A stretch of 64,000 nt of DNA from an uncultured Lentimicrobiaceae bacterium (lineage in GTDB: Bacteria > Bacteroidota > Bacteroidia > Bacteroidales > SKPS01): NCBI GenBank assembly GCA_964652685.1, contig CAZZBS010000013.1, positions 2,933 through 66,932 on the forward strand, read 5' to 3'. Below, piece by piece: positions 39,569-50,242 of the stretch (position 1 is its first letter; each line of letters opens with the position of its first letter). The position numbers and the translations under genes are program-made. The notes under the pieces are model-generated. The model saw nothing but the letters and a program-made list of their open reading frames with translations. It was not told the origin of the DNA and did no database searches.

Positions 39569-40123
39569 TTGAAAACTGACCGAATCGTCATGGGTGTGGA
39601 TCCCGGAACCAATCTCCTGGGTTATGGTGTTATTGAGGTGTCAGGAGTTAGGATTCGTGTGGTCACTTTAGGGGTGTTAAAATTAGCAAATTACGGTGAT
39701 CCTTACACCAAGCTTCAGAAGATCTTCGAAAAGATACTTGGGCTTATTGACAATTATCATCCGGACCATTTTGCCATTGAGGCCCCTTTTTACGGGAATA
39801 ATGTGCAATCAATGCTCAAGCTGGGGAGAGCCCAGGGCGTATGCATGGCTGCAGCCTTGTATCGTTCAGTTCCCGTTTTTGAATACAGTCCGAGAAGGGT
39901 AAAGCAATCCATCACAGGCAGAGGATCTGCATCCAAGGAGCAGGTGTCGGGTATGCTTCATAATCTGCTGCAGTTTGATGCCGGTACCTGTTCCCTGGAT
40001 GCAACCGATGCTTTAGCGGTGGCTTTATGCCATTATTACAGCGGAGGTGAGCACCACGGAAAACGGTCAGCATACAAGGATTGGGAAGCATACATCAAAA
40101 ATAATCCGGGAAAAATAAAATAA
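39569..40123 (+). CDS. ruvC: Holliday junction resolvase
   Basis: MGVDPGT, AIEAPF, KLGRAQG, DATDALAVALCH. TTG start inferred. Confidence 0.96.
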   Translation: MKTDRIVMGVDPGTNLLGYGVIEVSGVRIRVVTLGVLKLANYGDPYTKLQKIFEKILGLIDNYHPDHFAIEAPFYGNNVQSMLKLGRAQGVCMAAALYRSVPVFEYSPRRVKQSITGRGSASKEQVSGMLHNLLQFDAGTCSLDATDALAVALCHYYSGGEHHGKRSAYKDWEAYIKNNPGKIK

Positions 40124-40170
40124 TCCCGGGTTCAGGCTGATTGATAAATCATCCTGATTTGTGCAACCGA

Positions 40171-40566
40171 TCAGGGGATGGCAGCACGGATCATCTCAGC
40201 GATCCGGGTAAACTCATCCTGTGAGAGCCGTAGTTTTGCACGACTAAATTCCATATCGGTAATGCTGTTGATCGGGATAAGATGGATATGGGCATGTGGA
40301 ACTTCAAGACCGATCACTGTGATGCCAATCCTTTGGCATGGAATGACACTGCCTATGGCTTGTCCAACTCTTTTTGCAAATCGGAAAAGGTCTGTATAAT
40401 CCTCCTCGGAGAGATCAAAAATATAATCTGTTTCGGTTTTTGGTATAACCAGGGTATGACCTTTTGCCAGGGGATTGATGTCAAGGAAAGCAAGAAAACG
40501 TTCGTCCTCAGCTACTTTATAGCAGGGGATTTCACCTGATGCAATTCGTGAAAAGATGGTTGCCAT
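40171..40566 (-). CDS. HIT family nucleotide hydrolase
   Basis: TIFSRI..GEIP, GHTLVIPK, VPHAHIHLIP. Confidence 0.93.
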   Translation of the reverse strand: MATIFSRIASGEIPCYKVAEDERFLAFLDINPLAKGHTLVIPKTETDYIFDLSEEDYTDLFRFAKRVGQAIGSVIPCQRIGITVIGLEVPHAHIHLIPINSITDMEFSRAKLRLSQDEFTRIAEMIRAAIP

Positions 40567-40569
40567 GGT

Positions 40570-41046
40570 TTATCTTGATATTTCAAGGATTTTCAGTTCA
40601 ATCACTCCGGCAGGAGCTTGGATTTTCGCGATTTCACCAGCTTTCTTGCCCAGAAGTCCGCGTGCAATGGGAGAGTTGACAGATATTTTATTGGATTTAA
40701 TATCAGCTTCATTTTCAGGCACAATGGTATAAACCATCTCTTTACCTGTTTTTTGGTTTTTAAGGCGCAGGGTTGAAAGAAGCAAAACTTTTGACTCATC
40801 CATTTTCGATTCATCAAGGATCCTGGCATTGCTCAGGAGTTCCTGTACTTTGGATATCTTCATTTCCAGCATACCCTGGGCATTCTTCGCTGCGTCGTAT
40901 TCAGCATTTTCCGAAAGATCGCCTTTGTCACGGGCTTCTGCTATCTGGTGGGAGATGATTGGCCGTTGGACATTGATCATCTCATCCAGCTCATTCTTAA
41001 GCTTCTGATAGCCCTCTTTGGTGTAATAGGTAATCTTACCCATCAT
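40570..41046 (-). CDS. greA: Transcription elongation factor GreA
   Basis: EARDKGDLSENAEYDAAK, ISVNSPIARGLLGK. Start trimmed to ATG 41046. Confidence 0.97.
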   Translation of the reverse strand: MMGKITYYTKEGYQKLKNELDEMINVQRPIISHQIAEARDKGDLSENAEYDAAKNAQGMLEMKISKVQELLSNARILDESKMDESKVLLLSTLRLKNQKTGKEMVYTIVPENEADIKSNKISVNSPIARGLLGKKAGEIAKIQAPAGVIELKILEISR

Positions 41047-41180
41047 ACTGTCTCCTTTATTTCGATAAAACCTGTTGTTTTCTATAACAGAAGAAGACCC
41101 TTGGTTCAAGGGCCCCCTTCAGATAATGTATTATACAAAACGCTTGCTAAGATAAGCAATTGTTTGAGAAAAAGCAAGTA

Positions 41181-42275
41181 TCAGATACTGATTCTCGCTC
41201 CGATGGTATGTGTGCCACTAAAAGGTTGAGATGCTCTGTAGGAGTAATCAACGGAAAAATGGGTTCCTTTCTCCTTGTTCAAGGGTACATTCAGAGATAA
41301 CCCACCGGTAGGGCCGGTGAATGCAGTGGTTCTTTCGGCGTCATCCAATATACCTTTTTCATACACATATCCGGCGCGTAAGAAAAGGATTCTTCTGAGT
41401 CCATATTCAAGGCCTACAGCAACCTGGTCCTTGGTGAAAGAGTTCGAGGTGAAGTTTGCGGCCGCCGTAAGCTTGTGTTCCTTGCCGAAATAGAAGTCAT
41501 AGGAAGCACCAATCTTGATCAGGGATGGAAGCTCATATGCTTCAGAACGTTGCTCAAAGGTGATCTGGTTGTCATCCGACTTGTTGACAAATCCACGGAT
41601 GGAGATCCCGTCACCTGAATAGTGAATCCTCGGGCCGACATTTTTCATGGAGATACCAAACTTAACCTGTTCCATAGCTCCAGTAACATACTGAATTCCC
41701 GCATCAAGTGCTACTCCCTGGGCGGATATATCGGCCAGCGACTGGTTGATGATCCGTATGGTAGCCCCGCCGTAAATACTATTCGAAAATGCTTTGGCAT
41801 AAGATATCCCGATATTCATATACTTCGGGGAGAAGTTACCTATACCGCCTTCCGGCAAGTCTACCGTGGTGATCTCAATATCGCCGAAACTCATGGCCAT
41901 CACATTCACGCCCAATACACCTTTATTTTCACCCAGTTTTTGGACAAGCCCGAAATTACTGATGGTGATACCTGATCCTTTCAGCCATTGACTTTGGGCA
42001 AACAGTAATTCGGTCTTGTTGATGAATGCTGTTCCGGCAACATTAAGGAAGATGGCTTCCAACCCGTTGACACAGGCTGAATTTGCATCGCCCCATCCCG
42101 AACTTCTGGCAAAAGGATTAATCAGCAACTCCATTGCACCGGCCTGTCCTGCCCTGTCATCATTACCTGCCCTGGCAACCTGTACAGGGATCAGTAAAAT
42201 ACCTGCCAGCAATCCGGTCAATAATATCTTCATCGTATTATTCATAATCTGATGTTTTATATTGTTTCTGTTCAA
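41181..42275 (-). CDS. PorV/PorQ-like outer-membrane barrel
   Basis: LLINPFARSSGWG, AIFLNVAG, ALDAGIQY, LRAGY, VDYSY...THTIGARISI. Confidence 0.8.
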   Translation of the reverse strand: MNRNNIKHQIMNNTMKILLTGLLAGILLIPVQVARAGNDDRAGQAGAMELLINPFARSSGWGDANSACVNGLEAIFLNVAGTAFINKTELLFAQSQWLKGSGITISNFGLVQKLGENKGVLGVNVMAMSFGDIEITTVDLPEGGIGNFSPKYMNIGISYAKAFSNSIYGGATIRIINQSLADISAQGVALDAGIQYVTGAMEQVKFGISMKNVGPRIHYSGDGISIRGFVNKSDDNQITFEQRSEAYELPSLIKIGASYDFYFGKEHKLTAAANFTSNSFTKDQVAVGLEYGLRRILFLRAGYVYEKGILDDAERTTAFTGPTGGLSLNVPLNKEKGTHFSVDYSYRASQPFSGTHTIGARISI

Positions 42276-42287
42276 TGATACTTTGGA

Positions 42288-45200
42288 TCAGAAAGCATTG
42301 ACGTCAACAGGACGCAATGTGCCAAACCACTTGATTGTTTTTTCACCGATGCCCGGAGCATTAACATGGATGATATAGACCCCGCCTGCGATTGGAATGC
42401 CGGCATAATTCTTCAGATCCCATTCCAGGTAAGTCAGATCATCATCTTTCTTAAACTTCCTGACCATCGTGCCGTTTACTGTATAGATCGATACAGAACA
42501 TTCTTCGGGCAGGTTGGTGATCTTGATCCTGTTGTCAAGTTGGTCTGTCTCGTATGCTGAGTAAGCATAGTATGGATTGGGGACAGCCCTTATCAGGTCA
42601 AGTGCCGACTTTGCCACTTCATTCATATTGGTCTGTGTAGCAATGTCGTATGTTTCGAATGTGTACATCGGATAATTATCGTTAACCGGATTGGCAGAGC
42701 CTGTGGTAGCTGCATAAAACTTGTTGTACGGCCTGATAACACGGATTCTCACCCTTACATCGGTGGGAATGTCTGACGGTTTGTCAAGCTTATAACCGGT
42801 GGCGACCATCGGAATATTGACCCATGAGGCATCAGCATAGATTTTACGTGTGAGGTTCTGATTGTTCTGACTCAGGTAATCGTAGATGAAGTTGCCGCCA
42901 TCATAGGCAGGAACAGCGTCACTGTTGTCTGAATTATGACCGAAGATATAGATGTAATGTTTACCGCCGAAAAGTACCTGCCCGTTACTGATTCCAAGAT
43001 TTGTCACGTATTTATCGGTAGGATTCCAGAGCATGTCCGCCCCGTTTTCTCCTGCAAGCCATGAATCTTCACCAAACGCCATATTAAGGCGTTCTCCTGT
43101 TTCAGTATTAATAGCATATCCGGGGAAGTAACTCATTCCGGTTGGCTGCGAACCGAAGTTTGTAGCTTCATCGGTTCCTGTATTGCCATTGCGGTCTTTG
43201 GACGGACTCTTTCTGAGCATCATCTTTTCCGCACTACCAATGGAAAGTTTGGAGTCTTCCTGCATTTCGATCACAGGGCATCGGGTCCATTTGGAATCGT
43301 CTGCAGTGAACACAATGTCAACACTATGCAGATTATTCATCTTGTTGAGTGAACCGAATTTATTCCATTGTGGACCATGTGCATGCCTGGAGGCAAGCCG
43401 ATAGGGTGCCCACATTCCGCTGAGTACCTTCTCGTAATACTCTTCCGGATCGAGCCAGTTTTTCCCGTCATTGCCCGGTTCATAGTCATTATTTTCCGGT
43501 TCCGCATTGTCATCCAGTGTTCCGGAACGGATCCAGTTGAATGGGCCGGGTTGGTCGAAATCGGTTACACCGGTAAGCCAACGTTTTGAACTGTCGGCAA
43601 AAGTCATTGTTGCTTCCAGGAATCCGTTCTGCGGTGCATTGGTCACATCACCGGGCAAAGGTACCTGTCCGATGGTGATGGCCAGACCATAATCCCTCTT
43701 GTAAAGTCCGCAGTCGATCAGCAGTTGTTCGTTAGCTACTTCAATGGTTTTCTGCGCATGGATTGTGTCATAATCACCATCGTGCTCGTAATAAAGGGTC
43801 CAGGTTGTGCTTCCTACCGGTTGGCTGGGATCGAACTTAAGTGTATATCTTCCCGGTTTAACATTGAGCGGATCGATGACCTTCACATTGATAGGTCCAC
43901 GGCTGTTAAGATATACAGGATTTTCGACCTTGTGAGGTGGACCGGACAAGATCTGATCAATGGTTTTTTGGGTCAGATCGACAATCATTCCCCCATTGCC
44001 GTTGCCTTCAATACGTGTGATCTTGGGTCCATCACCATATTGTGCCTTGATCACGGTTCCACCAGATTCAGGTGATGTAATATGAGGAATGGCGGGAATA
44101 GCAACAATAGAGCCACCGGACTGTGTCTTTCTGCTGCCAAGGTATGGGGTTTTTTGACCTCGTAGTCCTTCGGGCTGGGCAGGATCAATTACATAGGGAG
44201 CAAATTCATTATGAGCATAAGCAATCGCAATGAAATAATAGGTTTTATTGTTTACAAGTTTTTTGTCACCGGTGGCAAATTTGTCTTCGGTGATTTTGAC
44301 CGAATGGAACAATCCTTTATTTGCACCGTTAACTTTTTCACGGGGTACATGAAGCCCAAGGTATCCGTCGTATTCATAGTTGATGATCCTGGATATGCCA
44401 TTTTTGATATCACACTGGGCAACGAGTCTGACTTTATCAGCATCGGCACTTTCGATATCGCTGGCGGTGACAGTTGCATCGCGCACCTGGAAGATCTGAT
44501 ATCCTTCAAAGGTATACATGGAGTCTCCGCGAAGGTTGGACGGGATGGAATCGGGGAATACAATAGAGGGATCGTAGATAGAATAATCCTCATGGTAATT
44601 GTCGTTGTTTTTTCTGTTGACCATATAAAGGATCAGCTCTTTGTTCATTTCCTGAATGATCAGGTCAGGGGCATCCGGTCCTTCGACGATGGCAAAGCAG
44701 TTATCAAAGAGCCGCTGGCATTTATCATCGACAATCCTGAGCAATTCAACGGAAGCCCAGGTGCCGCCTGAGGTGGCACGGGCCCATGGAATACCTACCG
44801 TGATGTAGTTAATGGCACCCGATTCAAGGGTAAAAGGGCCTGCCGACTGCATAAAACGACGGTCGAATGCCTGGTTGCCTGCAGTCTGTTCTGTCCAGTA
44901 TTTGGGACCGTTGGGGGGAGCTCCGCCGGTTCCCCAGTCACATGGGTCAGAATCACCAGGGAACATGAAATCGCATTCAGGACCGTAAGCGCCGGAGTTA
45001 TAATGGGCATTGCCGCCATAAAGCATCTTGGTGCCGTCTTTCCAGATACCACGCAGGAAGCTATAGTATTCAACAGCAACATCCGGATCGCTCATATAGG
45101 CTGCACCACCATTGTTGTGATATACAAACCTGCGCATACCGAAACGTTCGTTGTCAACGATGCCATCCTCAAAGTTAACGCCGTTGATGCTTACATCGCA

Positions 45201-46418
45201 GGCACGTTTGGTGAAGTAAGAGGTGTCACCGGTAATGCTGTCGATACTCATGGTTTGGATCCATTTCGGGTTGTCGATTCCATCGGGATCCATGTAAGGG
45301 CCCTGGAAGAAGTCAACTCCGACAGCAGGCGGATTGGCTCCGTAAGCATATACCTGACCACTGCCGTCGATTTCCGGGCCATTGTAACAATAACCCAAAC
45401 CACGCAATACATCGCACCCTACATAATCGTCCCAGGCATGTCCCAGGTCGGTGTCTACCCACTGTGAAAAGTAAGTTTCAGTGAGCCGGAAAGTTGACCT
45501 GTTGATTATTTCATAAGAATAAAAGGTCATATCGTTGATCTCATCACTGGTTGTGAATCCGAAAGCCTGGGCACGTATTTCAAGTCCGATAGGTTCACCT
45601 GAGGTTTCAGTATGAATGTTTCCCTTGTCGTTGAAAACCCACCACAATGTCATATCACCCTTTAGGATCTGGTCGGCAAGACGTCCACCGAATGCGATGT
45701 CAAGGGTGGTTTCAACGGTTGGCAGGTCCGATTTGCAAAGCTTGTTTGAGCGGTCGAAATCGTAGTAAGGATAGTCACCGAGTTCCCATTCATAAATACC
45801 ATTCTCGTTTCTGTCGAAAAAAGGTGCAAGATATGGTGATTGCCCCTTGGCTGTGTTACCTTCCCATGGCCATTCCTGGATGATCTTTGGAGGAGCTGGG
45901 TATTCCTCTGCAGGCATGAACTGACCGGTAGCATCGTCAACGTAGGAGAGAAACTCTGCTACCTGGCCACGGGTGATCACAAAGTGCCGGTCATAGTCAC
46001 GGCATGTCTCTGCATCAATGGAAGCAGTGCCGTCAATGGTGAGCGGCCCCGGCCAGTAATCATTCCCGACCTGCCTGTATCGTAAGGCTGCAAGTTTCAA
46101 CTGGTCATTGACATCAAGACCTCCGATCCATAAGGATGCGGAAAACATAGAGGTCCGCTTTGATCCCTTGGGGATCTCATACTGTGGTTCACCCTGCAGG
46201 TCCCACCACATGTCGCCACCTGTATTGATTCTCGCCCTCACATTGTTGATGTCAAGCTCAGTGGCACTTGTCGCAGGTAAGCAGCCTGCTGCAATCTTCT
46301 TATTCCCCCCTGATGGTGGGAATACTCCAGGAACTTTCTCTGCCAACACAGTTGATGTAACTGTCATAATGGCTAATGCCATCAGCAGATATCGGATTCT
46401 CATTTTCATTTTGATCAA
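42288..46418 (-). CDS. Large secreted protein with a T9SS-type C-terminal domain; function unknown
   Basis: Signal peptide, LDINNVRARI...LWIGG...DYWPGP N-terminal domain, C-terminal IRAVPNPYY...IYTVNG...WDLKN..GIPIAGGVYIIHV. Confidence 0.8.
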   Translation of the reverse strand: MIKMKMRIRYLLMALAIMTVTSTVLAEKVPGVFPPSGGNKKIAAGCLPATSATELDINNVRARINTGGDMWWDLQGEPQYEIPKGSKRTSMFSASLWIGGLDVNDQLKLAALRYRQVGNDYWPGPLTIDGTASIDAETCRDYDRHFVITRGQVAEFLSYVDDATGQFMPAEEYPAPPKIIQEWPWEGNTAKGQSPYLAPFFDRNENGIYEWELGDYPYYDFDRSNKLCKSDLPTVETTLDIAFGGRLADQILKGDMTLWWVFNDKGNIHTETSGEPIGLEIRAQAFGFTTSDEINDMTFYSYEIINRSTFRLTETYFSQWVDTDLGHAWDDYVGCDVLRGLGYCYNGPEIDGSGQVYAYGANPPAVGVDFFQGPYMDPDGIDNPKWIQTMSIDSITGDTSYFTKRACDVSINGVNFEDGIVDNERFGMRRFVYHNNGGAAYMSDPDVAVEYYSFLRGIWKDGTKMLYGGNAHYNSGAYGPECDFMFPGDSDPCDWGTGGAPPNGPKYWTEQTAGNQAFDRRFMQSAGPFTLESGAINYITVGIPWARATSGGTWASVELLRIVDDKCQRLFDNCFAIVEGPDAPDLIIQEMNKELILYMVNRKNNDNYHEDYSIYDPSIVFPDSIPSNLRGDSMYTFEGYQIFQVRDATVTASDIESADADKVRLVAQCDIKNGISRIINYEYDGYLGLHVPREKVNGANKGLFHSVKITEDKFATGDKKLVNNKTYYFIAIAYAHNEFAPYVIDPAQPEGLRGQKTPYLGSRKTQSGGSIVAIPAIPHITSPESGGTVIKAQYGDGPKITRIEGNGNGGMIVDLTQKTIDQILSGPPHKVENPVYLNSRGPINVKVIDPLNVKPGRYTLKFDPSQPVGSTTWTLYYEHDGDYDTIHAQKTIEVANEQLLIDCGLYKRDYGLAITIGQVPLPGDVTNAPQNGFLEATMTFADSSKRWLTGVTDFDQPGPFNWIRSGTLDDNAEPENNDYEPGNDGKNWLDPEEYYEKVLSGMWAPYRLASRHAHGPQWNKFGSLNKMNNLHSVDIVFTADDSKWTRCPVIEMQEDSKLSIGSAEKMMLRKSPSKDRNGNTGTDEATNFGSQPTGMSYFPGYAINTETGERLNMAFGEDSWLAGENGADMLWNPTDKYVTNLGISNGQVLFGGKHYIYIFGHNSDNSDAVPAYDGGNFIYDYLSQNNQNLTRKIYADASWVNIPMVATGYKLDKPSDIPTDVRVRIRVIRPYNKFYAATTGSANPVNDNYPMYTFETYDIATQTNMNEVAKSALDLIRAVPNPYYAYSAYETDQLDNRIKITNLPEECSVSIYTVNGTMVRKFKKDDDLTYLEWDLKNYAGIPIAGGVYIIHVNAPGIGEKTIKWFGTLRPVDVNAF

Positions 46419-46464
46419 TATTTGATTTTTGTTTTTACTGTTGATTGAATGGCCAAATTAAGGA

Positions 46465-49400
46465 TTAGAGACTGACCATGATACCTATACGGATCCGGCG
46501 TGGTAGTGAATAATTATAGGGATTGTCAACGGCAATGGAGTAGAAGTCACGGTATGCCTGTGGATCTCTCTGGTCGTTGATCTGTGTCTGAAACTCGGCT
46601 GCAGAAAGGTATCCGTCATCATCCGGATTTCCTGTTGCACGATAAACACCCATCACATTTTTGGTGTTCAGCACATTGAGTACCTGCACATAAACATTGG
46701 CATAAATCAGTTTCTGTTTGTCACCATCCCCAAGTGAAAGTATGATGTCACGGTCAGCGCGGGCATCAATGGCGAACTGCCAAGGCAACCTTGATCCATT
46801 GATGGACCCCTGCAGTATGGCACCGCTGGTCAGGAGTGATGCGTAAACAGTACTGGACTTGCTGTAAGGCACGCCTGAACCTCCTCGGAAGGTGAAATTT
46901 ACGCCGGTGCTTTCAAGAAGTTTGATGGACTTGGTGGTTCCGTCAGACTTTTTCCTCGTAATGACCGGTCCGTTGTAAAGGTTGCCCTGGTCGAAGCGGT
47001 AGTCAATGACCGTTGAAACAGCATGACGGCGGTCGAATGAAAGCGGGTTGGTAGTTCTGAGATTGGGTTGGCCGGAACGGATGAGGGCGGCTGCAGACTC
47101 TTCACTGGAGCCGGTGCCGTCAGCGAATTGCATCGTATAACTGGCTTTAATCCAGATGTTAGCGGTTCTCCTGAGGTCATACGAAATAGTATATCCTTTG
47201 ACCGTACCGAAATCAAGATTGTTATAAGAATAATAATTGTTAGGATACGCTCCTGAGTAACGGTATGACTGAACAAGATCCCTCATCTCGCGGTAGAAGG
47301 CAGAGAGTTTAATCGAAGAACTGTTGTTAAGTTTCTGCTGGAATCCAAGTTCATAGTCAACTGTTTTCTCGGGGAGCAGGTTGGGGTTGTTGATGGAAGA
47401 ACTTCCATACTGGCTGATGAAAAGATATTCAATGGGATTCATCCGGTTTCCGTATGTGGGCCTTTTCGACAGGACATCGTAATGTGCAAAGAAAAGGGCT
47501 TCATCGGATATCGGGAAAGAAAAAGAAATGCGGGGGAGGAAATTGTTCTGGGGTTCATAATCCTTAAAAGCTGTCTCATTCACCTGTTCCTGATCGGGAT
47601 CCACCAGGTAGGGAGCGATACCGGTCCCGGTTTCAAGCACTTTCGGGTCCACTATTTCAGTTCCCTGGGCATTGTACCATTGGCTGCCCGAACGGTAACC
47701 CACAATGGCGGAGGGATTTTTCAGGTCATTCACATAAACGACATAATCGGGACCCATAGTGTTCGGGTGCTCAACAGTGACGCCACCAATTTCCTGAACC
47801 TGTTGGACAGTTTTTGCATTGTATAGCAGGTAAGGATCCCTCAGCACCTTCTGGTTGGCATCAAACCGGTCAACACGAAGTCCGATGTTGAAAATAAGGT
47901 CACGGAATGCAAACTTGTCTTCAATATAACCGGCCATGTATATGGGCTCAAAAGGAGCAATGGGGCGGGTGTATCTGCCGTCAACCTGTTGGGTGAAAAA
48001 GTCATTCAGGCTGGGTTTGTAATCGAGCACCTTACCCGTATGGTCGAATCCATAATAAGCTACCAAAGCATTATTTCCTGATCTCAGGAGTTCGTCAGCG
48101 CTAAACCATTCTATTTTGAAAAGGGAAGGATCCAGGTTGTCAACATCAATCCAGTCAAGGGCACCGTATCCCAGCTCTTTTCTGAGGTTATAGTCAAAGA
48201 AGAACTGTGAATTCAGGTCAAGCAGTCTTGGATAATTAATAGTATCCTGAAATACTTGTTGTCCATTGGCATCGGTTACATACACCGGTTGGGGATTGTT
48301 TTTATCCAGTTCCCGGATATGCCAGTTGGCATACTGACGCATGACAGTCCATAGTCCGATGGGAGCGAGGGTGTATGCACGGTCGACACGCTGCTCATAC
48401 TGTAGTCCGAATTTGAGGGAATGATTTCCGATATCAGCAGAGGCATGGGCATTGATGCCGATCTGCGTATTGTAAACCTGGCTGTATCCGCTGTATGGTG
48501 AGCCTGTGTTGGGGAACAAACCGTATACTGATGTGGGGCCATCTCCGTTCAGTAGTCCCTGGCCAAGCTGGACGTAGGAATAATTTGCATATAAACCGGA
48601 ATGAAGATCGTACAGACTGTAATACTGGTCGGTATAATTGGCCAGTAGCGGGTTTATCTCAGACCTTTCGAAGGTATACAGGGTATCGCGGAATCCGTTA
48701 TGGATCCATACATTACTATAGCCGGCAATGGTATCGGTTCCCAACTCGTAACTGTTGACTTTGTATGTTTTAAACTTACCTACATAGCCATATTTGAAAA
48801 CATCATCCTTGTGGTCGCGGTGCTCGCTTTTGGCTATTGTACGGGTGTAGTTTGCATTAATGGTATAGTAAAGGTTTTTAATGAGGGTTCCTGCACTCTG
48901 TCCGCTTTCAAAACGTTGGGTATATCTTCCGAACAAACTGTATTCACTGAAAGTGCTGTGCCCGCGTGTATTGGGATTAAACATGGCGGACCTTGCTGAC
49001 CATGCGTCGGCATCACTGTAATTCCAGCGGCCTCCGATAGAGAGATTGGCCGTTTTAGATAAACGGACATCTATTTTTCCGGATAAGCTGGTTCCCTTGG
49101 AAGTGTTGTATTCATTGGCCTTCAGGTTGATCATGTCTGATTTCCTTATATATTCAGAGTTGGCAAAGGATCCGAAACCCAGGCCGGATGGGCGGAGAGG
49201 ATTCTCCTGCAGCCATTTAAGCGTGTCTGGATTCACGGTGTAAGTCCCCCCGTATGCTGGTGCATCATCTTTATTGTAGTAAAACTCCCCTGAAAGGAAG
49301 TACCCGATTATGGATCGTTGCACGTTGTTTTCAGTCCGAACGAGCAGCGGCCCCTGGAGATTGATACCTAAAAGATTATACCCATAAGGATCAGTCAGCA

Positions 49401-50121
49401 TGGATGTGACAAATTCAAGCCCACCTCCAAACTGCCGTGAAGGACCTTTGGTGGTAATGTTGATAACGCCACCGGTTGCATCACCGTACATGGATGGTAA
49501 CCCACCTGTGATGACCGTCACCTGGTCGATAGCAGATTGGGGCACCCCGCTTGATCCACGCACCCTGACACCGTCAATATAGGTGACAGTGCCGCTGGAA
49601 CGCTGACCACGGATCCCACCAATGTTCCCGTTCTCATCTGTGAATACACCCCCGACAGTAGCAGCAACAGAAGCTGCCGAACGGCCAGGCATCTTCTTGA
49701 TCTCTTCCGATGTCAATGTGCCTCCTGTCTGGGTCTGGTCAGCATCAATCAGTGGCACTACATAGTCAGTTACAGTATACGTGGTGATCACCGTCTGGGT
49801 AGGCTTCATCTCAATGTTGAAAAATACAACCTGCCCGCTCTTGATAATTACACCCTTGATCTTCTGGGGCTCAAAACCCACATAGGTGATGGTGACATCA
49901 TACGTTCCAGGATTGATCGGCTTGATATGATACTCCCCCTGAAAATCGGTCGATCCCCCGGTGATCATATGACCGCCGGACTCAATGACAATATTGGCAA
50001 AAGGAATCGGCTCCTTGGTGTCCTTGTTGGTGACTTTACCTTTCAAAGAACCCGCTTGCGAAAAAACCAGCATCGTGGATGCCAGTATTACTGCGATGGT
50101 CAATAGTAATTTCTGAAACAT
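46465..50121 (-). CDS. TonB-dependent-receptor-like outer-membrane protein with an N-terminal carboxypeptidase-regulatory-like domain
   Basis: GSLKGKVT...EPIPFANI, plug-like YIDGV...TGGLPSMYGDATGGVINITTK, LLPEKTVDYELG, C-terminal PRRIRIGIMVSL. Confidence 0.85.
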   Translation of the reverse strand: MFQKLLLTIAVILASTMLVFSQAGSLKGKVTNKDTKEPIPFANIVIESGGHMITGGSTDFQGEYHIKPINPGTYDVTITYVGFEPQKIKGVIIKSGQVVFFNIEMKPTQTVITTYTVTDYVVPLIDADQTQTGGTLTSEEIKKMPGRSAASVAATVGGVFTDENGNIGGIRGQRSSGTVTYIDGVRVRGSSGVPQSAIDQVTVITGGLPSMYGDATGGVINITTKGPSRQFGGGLEFVTSMLTDPYGYNLLGINLQGPLLVRTENNVQRSIIGYFLSGEFYYNKDDAPAYGGTYTVNPDTLKWLQENPLRPSGLGFGSFANSEYIRKSDMINLKANEYNTSKGTSLSGKIDVRLSKTANLSIGGRWNYSDADAWSARSAMFNPNTRGHSTFSEYSLFGRYTQRFESGQSAGTLIKNLYYTINANYTRTIAKSEHRDHKDDVFKYGYVGKFKTYKVNSYELGTDTIAGYSNVWIHNGFRDTLYTFERSEINPLLANYTDQYYSLYDLHSGLYANYSYVQLGQGLLNGDGPTSVYGLFPNTGSPYSGYSQVYNTQIGINAHASADIGNHSLKFGLQYEQRVDRAYTLAPIGLWTVMRQYANWHIRELDKNNPQPVYVTDANGQQVFQDTINYPRLLDLNSQFFFDYNLRKELGYGALDWIDVDNLDPSLFKIEWFSADELLRSGNNALVAYYGFDHTGKVLDYKPSLNDFFTQQVDGRYTRPIAPFEPIYMAGYIEDKFAFRDLIFNIGLRVDRFDANQKVLRDPYLLYNAKTVQQVQEIGGVTVEHPNTMGPDYVVYVNDLKNPSAIVGYRSGSQWYNAQGTEIVDPKVLETGTGIAPYLVDPDQEQVNETAFKDYEPQNNFLPRISFSFPISDEALFFAHYDVLSKRPTYGNRMNPIEYLFISQYGSSSINNPNLLPEKTVDYELGFQQKLNNSSSIKLSAFYREMRDLVQSYRYSGAYPNNYYSYNNLDFGTVKGYTISYDLRRTANIWIKASYTMQFADGTGSSEESAAALIRSGQPNLRTTNPLSFDRRHAVSTVIDYRFDQGNLYNGPVITRKKSDGTTKSIKLLESTGVNFTFRGGSGVPYSKSSTVYASLLTSGAILQGSINGSRLPWQFAIDARADRDIILSLGDGDKQKLIYANVYVQVLNVLNTKNVMGVYRATGNPDDDGYLSAAEFQTQINDQRDPQAYRDFYSIAVDNPYNYSLPRRIRIGIMVSL

Positions 50122-50242
50122 ATTGGTTGATTTATGTGATAATTGTTCAATAGGTTATGGCATTAAAAAGGGGGGTAAATTTAAACATTAATTACTAATA
50201 TTGACAAAATTTTTTCCTGAGGTTTTCGTAAAGATTTCGTTA

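Noticed and set aside
42366-49582. Many 60-190 aa antisense or alternate-frame ORFs inside the large T9SS and TonB genes (and similarly across the window)
   Set aside because: They are shadow ORFs of long coding genes, with no independent domain signatures.
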